Assembly: GCA_043822705.1 (NCBI GenBank)
Contig: JBDRBK010000090.1
Span: forward strand, 1-20,146
DNA from: Fidelibacterota bacterium
GTDB lineage: Bacteria > Fidelibacterota > Marinisomatia > Marinisomatales > TCS56
Direction of reading: 5' to 3'
Length of the DNA stretch: 20,146 nt
The translations under genes and the position numbers were made by a program. The stretch's first letter is position 1; the number at the start of each line of letters is the position of its first letter. Shown piece after piece: positions 1 through 7,862 of the stretch. The notes under the pieces were generated by a model, which worked only from the letters and a program-made list of their open reading frames with translations, searched no databases and had not been told where the DNA came from.

Positions 1-60
1 AGTGATGATAAATCGACAATCGTTTACGCCTACTTGAAAACGACGGCGACAAACCCCTGA
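1..60 (+). CDS. 3' end of an ORF running in from outside the window (…SDDKSTIVYAYLKTTATNP*)
   Basis: Frame 1 is open from base 1 to TGA at 58-60, co-oriented with the next gene. Too short to assign a function. Confidence 0.3.
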   Translation, partial: SDDKSTIVYAYLKTTATNP

Positions 61-121
61 TAGATTTCGAGTTATAAAATAGTATTGCCGAAATAGATTA
101 ATCATTTATTACTGCCCAGAG

Positions 122-460
122 ATGGTAAAAAGATGGCCTGAAGATATTGAGCGATTCCTCAATGCAGTGGAATGGACCTTCGCTAAAACGTACGCGACGA
201 CATGGCCACACGAATACATCGTCAAAGAACACGTAGACCAAAAGATGTTCGTGAAAACGGTTATACACATTAGAGAGCATGGGTACCTGGGTGCGTTCTA
301 TGATAAGAAGTACATGTATTTTGAGCAGGATGGGTTCGTCTATTGGACAATGGTTCCCCCGGCAGGTGATCCCGATTGGTATTCGGCTGAAAATGAAACA
401 ATCATCAACCGCTGCACTAAGGAAAATACTTATGAGTACAGGTTCAGTAGAGACAAATGA
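122..460 (+). CDS. Hypothetical protein (112 aa), probable island cargo
   Basis: ATG..TGA ORF with protein-like, aromatic-rich composition (WTFAKTYATTWPHEYIV, YWTM, IINR), in an AT-richer segment than the downstream genes. Confidence 0.75.
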   Translation: MVKRWPEDIERFLNAVEWTFAKTYATTWPHEYIVKEHVDQKMFVKTVIHIREHGYLGAFYDKKYMYFEQDGFVYWTMVPPAGDPDWYSAENETIINRCTKENTYEYRFSRDK

Positions 461-621
461 TTTACAATGACTAGAGGTGACCGTTTACACAGTTGAGAGG
501 ACACACCCACATATCATAATATACTAAATCCTAGCATACACCCAAAAAGTTACGACTGGTCCTTGGGGTCGGAAGCTCCACATTTCACCTGGTCGCATAC
601 ACCAATTCCCCACACGATCGC

Positions 622-647
622 GTAGATACCCACGGGCAAGCCCGTGG
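622..647 (+). repeat. REP-like / IS200-IS605-end-like hairpin: GTAG-ATAC-CCACGGG-CAAG-CCCGTGG
   Basis: Perfect 7-bp GC-rich stem (630-636/641-647) with a 4-nt loop, preceded by GTAG (622-625). This is the architecture of HUH (RAYT/TnpA) substrates. Single copy in the window. Confidence 0.55.
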
Positions 648-842
648 AACTTTGTCCTTCAGGCGTATTAGAACCGCAGGCAATTTACCGGTCTAATCTA
701 TTTAATGCCACTTCATGGGGCGTATATCTATAACGTCGGTTGCAGCACCAATTCGAGGATTGATATGGCAGAACTAGACAGCAGTAGACAAAAACACAGC
801 ACAATTAGTGCACACTTTTTTGGAAAGATCGTCGAGAACTCT

Positions 843-890
843 CTGGCCTGTCAAGCCAGAGGTCGCGAGTTCGAGCCTCGTCGGTCCCGC
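843..890 (+). other. 3' fragment of tRNA-Asp(GTC); putative att site, not an intact tRNA
   Basis: Anticodon stem CTGGC/GCCAG (843-847/855-859), loop CTGTCAA with GTC at 850-852, variable loop AGGTC, T-arm GCGAG-TTCGAGC-CTCGT, 3' acceptor strand CGGTCCC, G discriminator. The complementary 5' acceptor strand (GGGACCG) and D-arm are absent upstream. Confidence 0.85.
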
Positions 891-898
891 TCCCCGAC

Positions 899-956
899 AA
901 ACCCCTTTTCCCCGCTCAATATGGCGGGCAAGTCGACGAGAAAGAGGGGTTTTTTT
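899..956 (+). terminator. Rho-independent terminator downstream of the tRNA fragment
   Basis: AAACCCCT-TTTC pairs with GAAA-G-AGGGGTTT, ending in a T7 run (950-956). The unusually large loop contains an inner CCCGC/GCGGG hairpin. Confidence 0.65.
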
Positions 957-1187
957 ACTATTTCATATTCGTTTGAATTGGCCGTGGCCAATCAAGGGAG
1001 GCGGGCCAAAAAACAATTCCCTAAATTAAAAATTGGTACATCCTTCGGGGGGCAGGTCAGTATTTTCACACTTCATCGATAATTACCCCGCTGCATTACA
1101 AAATATAATCGGGCGGAAGGGTCCGTTTCAAGTATTTAGCCAGCGAACGTAATTTCCTGTATCCAGCCTTGGAATAATTCTCAGATC

Positions 1188-1496
1188 ATGGCATTACACA
1201 AGACCTATATCTGGCAGATAGAACCACGCCAGCCCCGCTACCGGATCCAGACCGACGATCCGGCCATCGCCCGTAAGCTGAGACGACGCCGCTCCTGCCG
1301 GTTGACGACCGAGGGACTGAACCAGAATCTGTGGATATTCGAGACCGATCTGGAAGCCCCCGCCGCTGCCCGCGAACTACTGGAAAAACTGACCGGCAAA
1401 AAAGTCCGGCGTGACTCCCGCGGGGTGCTGGTGTCCTGCACCCACCCGCTGCTGGACCTGCAGCAGCTATCCCTGGCGCTCAGTACCGACGATTAA
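1188..1496 (+). CDS. Hypothetical basic protein (102 aa)
   Basis: ATG..TAA ORF with GC-rich codon usage, converging on the acyl-CoA synthetase (6-nt gap). Arg/Lys-rich (ARKLRRRRS). Confidence 0.7.
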   Translation: MALHKTYIWQIEPRQPRYRIQTDDPAIARKLRRRRSCRLTTEGLNQNLWIFETDLEAPAAARELLEKLTGKKVRRDSRGVLVSCTHPLLDLQQLSLALSTDD

Positions 1497-1502
1497 ATAC
1501 CG

Positions 1503-3209
1503 CTAACTGTCCCATTTTCCGCGCTGACGCAACTCCTCGACGATAACCCGGGCGCGTTCCTGGAGCTCCAGTTTGTCCACTTTAGCTACCCGTGTCAGCG
1601 GAAACGATTCATCCGCCGGCCACAGTTCCACATGCTGCGGCCGTTTGTAAGACGCGATCCGGGTGCAATGGTCGATTATCTCCACCGGCTTCAGGTCGAC
1701 GCCGGCTTTGGGTCGGACAAAAGCAAATATACCTTCATCAAAAATCCGGTGCGGCATGCCCACTACATCCACTTCATTCACCTTGGGGTGACTGGCGATA
1801 TGAGCCTGGACTTCATCGGGGAAAACATTATAGCCCTTCTGCTTGATCACAAATTTCTTACGGCCGGACAAGTACAGGGCCTGGTAGTTACCCATATCCT
1901 TGAAATAGCCCAAGTCGCCGGTGTACAGGATACCTTCCCGGGAAACCACCGCGGCAGTGGCTTCCGGCTGGTTGAAGTAGCCCAGGAATACCAGCGGCGG
2001 ATGATAACAGATTTCACCGGCCTCACCCGTCGGCAGTTCGGCGCCGGCACTGCCATTCGCAATCAACGGTTGGCGGATCGAGACCCGCGCCAACTCGGGG
2101 AAGGCTTCGCCCACCTGCCCGGCCATCTCTTCCACGGAAATATCGGAGCGCGTAAAAGTGCCGAAACCGCCGTTTTCGGTCATGCCCAGACCGGTGCCGA
2201 ATTTGGGCGCCATCTGTGACAGGCGCTTGAGGAATTCCACATCGACCGCCGAACCGCCGTAGATCACGAATTGCAGGCTGCTTAAATCGAATTGGTCGAA
2301 ATCCGGCAGGGCCCACTGCAGGCGGAACTGGGTCGGTATCTGGCCCAGACAATTGGCGCGATGTTTTTCGATCGCCACCAGCGTCTCACGGGCGTCGAAT
2401 ATCCGCAGCATGATGGCCGTGCCGCCGGCATACAGGGTGGTCATCAGTTGCTCGGTCACGCAGCCCACATGACTGGGCGGCAGGTTGATGATCAGCCGCA
2501 TCCGGTTACCGAGTCCGGTGGCCCGGTCCAGCGTCCGGCGCAGGATTTCGTTCTGGACGATAATATTTTCATGGGACAACAGGGCCGGCTTCGGTTCGCC
2601 GGTGGTGCCGGTGGTAAAAATGATCAGGGCCGGATCATTGGCAGTGATTCCGGCATAGGTTTTTCGCAGTCGCCCGCTGATCAGGTCGACCAGTTTCAAC
2701 CATATCAGCCGTCCTTTTTTCAGCAAGTCAGTGATGGCGATGGCGCCGGCCAGCAATTCACCGGGGGCCGGATTGGCCTGGAACTGTACCAGATATTCCA
2801 CCGCCGGACAGCCCTCCTGCACCGCCCGGCCGACGCTGCGGAAGTCCCGGACCGGCGTGTTGCCCAGGAAAAAGAATGCCCGGGGATTGATTTTATTGAT
2901 GTCCCGAACGACTTCCTCCTCCTTCAGGCGCACATCCAACGGGGCGATGATGACGCCCAGTTTGAAACAGGCGTACATCAGGATCACGTGCTCGGGCACC
3001 AGCACCAGCATCGTCGCCAGCCGATCGCCTTTCCGAAAACCCAGGTCCTGCAACCGCAGGGCGAAAAAATCCACCAGTGTGAGAAATTTTTTGTAGGTGA
3101 TCGCCTTCCCGTCTTCGTGTTGCAGCAGGGCAACCTGATCGGGCGTTTCATCCGCCCATTTTTCAATATAGGAATTCAGCAGCGGTAACTTCCAGGTCTG
3201 ATCGGACAT
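1503..3209 (-). CDS. Class I adenylate-forming enzyme, long-chain acyl-CoA synthetase-like
   Basis: AMP-binding P-loop IIFTTGTTGEPK, GLGMTE (A5), YTGDLG (A7), GRKKFVIKQKGYNVFPDEV (A8), and catalytic Lys in LTRVAKVDK (A10). TAG stop. Confidence 0.92.
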   Translation of the reverse strand: MSDQTWKLPLLNSYIEKWADETPDQVALLQHEDGKAITYKKFLTLVDFFALRLQDLGFRKGDRLATMLVLVPEHVILMYACFKLGVIIAPLDVRLKEEEVVRDINKINPRAFFFLGNTPVRDFRSVGRAVQEGCPAVEYLVQFQANPAPGELLAGAIAITDLLKKGRLIWLKLVDLISGRLRKTYAGITANDPALIIFTTGTTGEPKPALLSHENIIVQNEILRRTLDRATGLGNRMRLIINLPPSHVGCVTEQLMTTLYAGGTAIMLRIFDARETLVAIEKHRANCLGQIPTQFRLQWALPDFDQFDLSSLQFVIYGGSAVDVEFLKRLSQMAPKFGTGLGMTENGGFGTFTRSDISVEEMAGQVGEAFPELARVSIRQPLIANGSAGAELPTGEAGEICYHPPLVFLGYFNQPEATAAVVSREGILYTGDLGYFKDMGNYQALYLSGRKKFVIKQKGYNVFPDEVQAHIASHPKVNEVDVVGMPHRIFDEGIFAFVRPKAGVDLKPVEIIDHCTRIASYKRPQHVELWPADESFPLTRVAKVDKLELQERARVIVEELRQRGKWDS

Positions 3210-4094
3210 TTACACCCCCGGTCGGTTTAATTTCAGGTAGCCCCGGCTGACAGCCGGATTATTCAGATGATTGTGCACAGTAAAAAATAATTCGATCTGC
3301 CGGTCGGAAGCAACGCGTTCCAGTAGATTCAATCTGATCGTCGTGCCCGGAAACACAAAGTCGCTGAACCGGCCGGCCAATACGGCGACCTGCTGCGGAT
3401 CGCCGCCGGCTTCGTGATCGATCAGGCCGGTTACCGCCCGCGCCAGGGTGGCCGTTCCCTGGAGGATGATGCCCGGCAATCCCAGCCGCCGCGCCGCCGC
3501 CGGCGAAGTGTGAATCGGCGCCACGATACCGGCACAGCCATCGTAGAGATAAGGCGCTTCCGGCGCGATTATTATCTCGGTGGACCATTCCAGCGGCTGC
3601 TCGCGGGTAACAGACGCAGTCAGGATCAGGTTCTCGGCGCCGCGGCCGTCATCGCGGCATTTAACGCCGCGCAGCAGGCCGGTCATCTGGTGTACATAGA
3701 TGTTAACACCATCCGCCGTCGTAACTGTGAGCTGCAGTACGATCAGCGTCCCGGCCCGGTGCGGCAGAATGGCCGCCAGTTCCGGTGTGACGATGATTTC
3801 TTCCCCGCTGTGAAGTTGGCGCTGGAAATTTATGGTTTCATCAAAATGGACGAAATAATTGAAAATATCCACCGGAATCGGAAAATCCGCCTGACTGCGC
3901 AACAGCGATACCACCTGCCACGCAATTACCGCGCTGAAGGATGGGTGCACGGCCAACGGGCCGTCCCGCAGATCATCGAGGTAACGGGGATTAATGTCAC
4001 CGACGGCCGCAGCAAAATTGGTGATTTTGCGTGGATCAATTATAAGTGGAACCGGAGCGAATTGCTGTCCGACCGCCAGGGAGTTGATTTCCAT
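3210..4094 (-). CDS. MaoC-like double hot-dog fold protein ((R)-enoyl-CoA hydratase/dehydratase-like)
   Basis: N-terminal FAAAVGDINPRYLD and VHFDETINFQRQL. C-terminal PIHTSPAAARRLGLPGIILQGTAT and GRFSDFVFPG. Its TAA stop directly abuts the ATG of the synthetase. Confidence 0.85.
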   Translation of the reverse strand: MEINSLAVGQQFAPVPLIIDPRKITNFAAAVGDINPRYLDDLRDGPLAVHPSFSAVIAWQVVSLLRSQADFPIPVDIFNYFVHFDETINFQRQLHSGEEIIVTPELAAILPHRAGTLIVLQLTVTTADGVNIYVHQMTGLLRGVKCRDDGRGAENLILTASVTREQPLEWSTEIIIAPEAPYLYDGCAGIVAPIHTSPAAARRLGLPGIILQGTATLARAVTGLIDHEAGGDPQQVAVLAGRFSDFVFPGTTIRLNLLERVASDRQIELFFTVHNHLNNPAVSRGYLKLNRPGV

Positions 4095-4221
4095 AATTCC
4101 GTGCCTTCAGTTTCAGATAGAGTGACGGGAAATTACTGCAAACGCAATAAAATTTGCGACAAACAAGTGCCACCAGCGCTGATTGGTGACCAACATTGCA
4201 GTGCCTTCCATATCCGAATGA

Positions 4222-6583
4222 TTAAAGCTTTACGGCAAGCGATAAATACCCATTCCGGGTGGCCCCGGGCCAGTAATACAGCCAGCCGTCCCAGTCGTAT
4301 CCGGCAGTCGAATACAGGGTATCGAAAACATTATTTATCCGCAGCGCCATTTCAAAAATACCGAACGTCCTGCTGATACTCAAATCAACCAGTGTATAGG
4401 CATCCACTGTTTCACCACTGACGGCAGAACTTACTGCCGGCATATTCTGCCGGCCGACCTGCCGCAGACTGGCAGATAACGACCACTTGTCGAAAACTTC
4501 GGCCCGGCACCAGATATTGAACAGATTACGGGGAACACCGGGCAAATACTCACCTTTGGCACTTCCTCCGGTGAAATAGTGATCGTTGATACTGCCGTTG
4601 ACACCGGTCGTCAATCCGGTAAAAGGCTGGTAATTAAGCTCGAATTCCAGTCCCTGATGGCGCGTCCCGGCGGCGGAGTAATAGGTATACTCCCCCTCCT
4701 GTTCCACATCGATATTTTTAAGCTGCTCATTCTTGAAATTAATTTGGTACAGGTTGACCGATCCATTGAATGACTTCCATTGGAAATTACCCCCCAGCTC
4801 AAAATCATCGATTTTTTCCGCTGCCGCCAGCACCGGTTCGCTGAACATATCATCGGCCTCGATGATCTGATTGTCGGCCGGTTCCTTCTGCCCCCGACCG
4901 TAATTGGCAAAAACAGAAATATTATCATTCAATTGATGAATTATGCCCAGACGGGGATTGATAAAAGTCCAGTCGGCCTGCAACTGGTGACCGGCCGCGG
5001 CACCGATTTTTTCCTGGTCCAGGGTCCAGTGGATGTTCTGTAACTGTAAATCACCGACCAGACGCAGATTTTCCACCGGACGGTAAACCAAGTGGATAAA
5101 ACCGGTCGCCAGACGTTTTTGACCGAGATACTGATAATATTTCCGCGGTGACTCGAGCAAGGTTCCGGAATTTTCCGGATCGGGCAGATCATGCATCTCA
5201 CTGAAATGATCGCCGCCGTAGAACCGCAGTTCGCCGCCAATATCCAAACGGACATTATTCTGGCTAAAGGTGACGGTCGGTGTTATTCCATAATAGGCGT
5301 TAACGATCCATTTGCGCCGTGTGAACTCCAGCGCCTGTGCCGAATCGCCCGCTACCCAGTAATCATCTAAATTGAACCCGGTGAGGAAATCCCGGTAGTC
5401 GGTCACGGCGGAAGAATCATCACCGGCAGTCAGGTTATATACGGAACTCTCATAATTCTCATAATAACCGGAACCCTGCACCAGATAGGTCACATTACTC
5501 AACGCCAGATCATCCCGGATTTGCCAACTGGTGTTTAGTGAATAAATCTGTTGCAGGAAATCATCGAGGTATGCTTCATAACCGCTGCGCCGTTCGTCGC
5601 GGTCGTCGATGATGTCGGCACCGACTCCCCACCAGGCCAGGTGTGTTTTTTCATAGCCGATCAAAGCACGGAACTGGTTCGATAATTTGCCACTGACATA
5701 CTGGCCGCCTAAAAATACCGCCCGCTGCCGGCTGTCATGGTAATCGCGGTAGCCATCCGATTCGACCTGGGAATAACGTCCCTGCAACTGTAGCTTATTT
5801 TGCAGCAGCGGACCGGATTGGGCTTTGACACTGAACTTGGACGTATTGAAAGAACCACCGCCGTAATTCGATTTAAAACCGGGCTTTTCCGCAGTCAATC
5901 CGGTGCTGACGTTTATCGAACCGCCGAAGGCCGATGAGCCGTACAAACTGTTGCCGATCCCACGCTGGATCTGGACATCGCTGGCATCGCTGAGGATATC
6001 GGCATGATCGACCCAATACACCTGATGACTCTCGTTGTCGTTCAGCGGCACGTTATCCAGCATGACGGCGATCCGGCTCTGATCGAAACCGCGGATGGAG
6101 ACATAGGAATAGCCGGTGCCGTTACCGCTCTCGCTGTAGGCGTACACACCTGGCTCCAGCGCCAGGATCATGGGGAACATCCTCGACCGTGTAGCGGGCT
6201 TCGATCTCGTCCGCGGTCAGAGTCGAGAAGGCCACCGGCGTAATGCCGGCCACGGCCCGGGTGGCGCTGACAAAAACCGGCTCCCCCGGCAAAATCATCG
6301 GGAGCAGCGAAACTTTCAGATATTCGCCGGAGGGAATCATTTTCACTTCGCGGTAGCCGATGTGGGAAAAAACTAATTCCTGTTGCGCGGCGACCGTCAG
6401 TTCAAACCGGCCGGCGGCGTCAGTGACCGTCCCGCCGGACCCGGCGATGATGTTGACACCGGGCAGCGGTTGGCCGGTCGTTTGATCATAAACGAGGCCG
6501 GAAAGGCGGATATTATCGGCGAGCAATGGAATCTGCAGAATGGCAAAACAACAGAGTAAACGACAGAATCGATGGACTTTCAT
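4222..6583 (-). pseudogene. TonB-dependent receptor (probable thiamine importer), split by a 1-nt frameshift at ~6172-6175
   Basis: ORF 6122-6583 encodes a signal peptide, a CarboxypepD_reg-like domain (GLVYDQTTGQPLPGVNI…FSHIGY) and the plug start (VFVSATRA). ORF 4222-6180 continues the plug (SIRGFDQSRIAVMLDNVPLND, VQIQRGIGNSLYGSSAFGGSIN) and the barrel, ending INNVFDTLY…PGATRNGYLSLAVKL. Removing one C from GTT CCC C ATG gives EDVPMILALEPG and a 786-aa protein. Confidence 0.88.
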
Positions 6584-6586
6584 AGG

Positions 6587-6672
6587 ACCTCCCTACGCTG
6601 GCATTATCCAGATCAGGTTCACAGGGTGTTTTCTCAGCCTCTCCGATCACTACCGGAGCAGCACCCCTAAAT
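6587..6672 (-). promoter_or_regulatory. TPP (thi-box) riboswitch
   Basis: Minus strand reads AGGGGTGC…GCTGAGAAAACACCCTGTGAACCTGATCTGGATAATGCCAGCGTAGGGAG. It contains all hallmark TPP aptamer motifs and ends just upstream of the receptor ATG (6583). Confidence 0.96.
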
Positions 6673-6721
6673 ACAGTTGAAATTAAATCAAAATTCGGGT
6701 AATGAAAAGTCGATTGATCGG

Positions 6722-7675
6722 TCAGTTTTTCCGCAGCGAATAAATCACCGACCCGATAATAAAACCGCCTGTGGCGCCATACAGCGTGCGTTGAAATCGG
6801 GTGCGCCGGACTTGGGCCTTGTAGGTTTTCAGGTAGACCGATTTTTCGGTTTCCGCCAGTTCGGCGACTTGCCGCCAGCGTCGTGCCGGGACATGCACAT
6901 CGCCCATGATGGCCCAACCAAGGGTGGCGGGTATGATGGCAAAACCGAAAAACGGATTACAGGTCCCGCAACCGGCTCCGGCGCAACTAGGGCCAAACAG
7001 CCATTTCTCATTGTCTATATCCCGGCGGGCATCATTCACCGCCATGTCATATATCCGACTGTCGTCGCCGGGGACGGCCGGTCCGCCGGTCCGGTTGATA
7101 ACTTCATCCCAATAGGGCTTCAGTTCGACAAATATCTCATCAAGCTGGCCGACGATTTCCGTGGATTGATTCACAATCGTCCGCGGTACGGTCTGGATCG
7201 ATACCTGCTGCTCCAGGAACTGCCGGGCGACTTCGCGCATACCAGGCGTCAGCACCTGGTCGATTTCACCGCGATAATCGCGGCTGGCGGTACGCAGGAT
7301 TTTCCCGTTCATCACCGCGATCGAACGCACATTGATACTATAGGTCGATCCGATCAATCCCACCGTGCCGACGATGATTTCCTCGGCCCCCAGCATCTGT
7401 CCCAGCTCGACCGCGCATTCGTTGCTGGTGCAGCCGGTCTGTTGAAAACCCTGCTCTTCCAGGACCGACTCCATGCTGCCGCGGTCGATGTATACATTGA
7501 CAGTGTCCAGCGCTTGAATTTCGTTCCGGAACCGTTCCGATAACGCCAGCGCTTCCCCGGCATTGAGGTTGATCGGTTCGAAATCGATTACCGCCACCGC
7601 TTTCTGACCCAGTGCGCAAGACAGAATTATCGGCAGCAATATTGGTATGTAATTTTTCTGCATTATGGTAAACAA
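6722..7675 (-). CDS. Exported CsgG/HfaB-like (TolB-N-like) domain protein with C-terminal hydrophobic segments
   Basis: Signal peptide, then VAVIDFE…DRGSMESVLEEQGFQQTGCTSNECAVELGQMLGAEEIIVGTVG pattern. TTG start preceded by GGGAG; alternative ATG at 7663. Confidence 0.75.
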   Translation of the reverse strand: MFTIMQKNYIPILLPIILSCALGQKAVAVIDFEPINLNAGEALALSERFRNEIQALDTVNVYIDRGSMESVLEEQGFQQTGCTSNECAVELGQMLGAEEIIVGTVGLIGSTYSINVRSIAVMNGKILRTASRDYRGEIDQVLTPGMREVARQFLEQQVSIQTVPRTIVNQSTEIVGQLDEIFVELKPYWDEVINRTGGPAVPGDDSRIYDMAVNDARRDIDNEKWLFGPSCAGAGCGTCNPFFGFAIIPATLGWAIMGDVHVPARRWRQVAELAETEKSVYLKTYKAQVRRTRFQRTLYGATGGFIIGSVIYSLRKN

Positions 7676-7806
7676 TGTTAATCTCCCGACCTGTGCGCAA
7701 CCAATATACGCATTTAAATTATTCCGTTCTACCGGATGATCGGCCGGTACTGATTTTTCAGCCCCGGTCCATTTTACGTTTATTCAACAACCTTGGCAGA
7801 GGATAC

Positions 7807-7857
7807 TTGCCGTATAAGTCCGATTTTGCCTACCTTCTCCGCCGATAAACTAAGGAG
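7807..7857 (+). promoter_or_regulatory. Putative sigma70-type promoter and RBS for the OPT operon
   Basis: TTGCCG (7807-7812), 18-nt spacer, TACCTT (7831-7836), then TAAGGAG (7851-7857) before ATG 7863. Confidence 0.4.
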
Positions 7858-7862
7858 TTTCC

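Larger units (their letters stand above)
1..890. mobile_element. Right end of a tRNA-Asp-integrated genomic island/prophage (extends beyond the left edge)
   Basis: AT-richer segment with orphan ORF(s) ending in a duplicated tRNA 3' fragment. No integrase is visible in the window. Confidence 0.6.

Noticed and set aside
60..760. Integron cassette/attC interpretation of the left-end ORFs
   Set aside because: No convincing paired RYYYAAC…GTTRRRY boxes with an internal palindrome flank the ORF.
815..890. Intact tRNA-Asp gene
   Set aside because: No 5' acceptor strand complementary to CGGTCCC and no D-arm upstream of 843; only the 3' part is present.
705..1082. ORFs 705-1082 and 808-1029
   Set aside because: They run across the tRNA fragment and terminator and have no protein-like features.
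1144..1157. CGAAC-GTAA-TTTC resembling a Gram-positive-type LexA box
   Set aside because: Mismatched half-site, single occurrence, and the host's LexA motif is unknown.
2292..4376. Long plus-strand ORFs 2292-3188 and 3414-4376
   Set aside because: Antisense shadows of well-supported minus-strand genes, expected in GC-rich coding DNA.
6513..7543. ORFs 6513-6917 (-) and 6677-7543 (+)
   Set aside because: They overlap the TPP riboswitch and the CsgG-like gene; alternative-frame or antisense artefacts.
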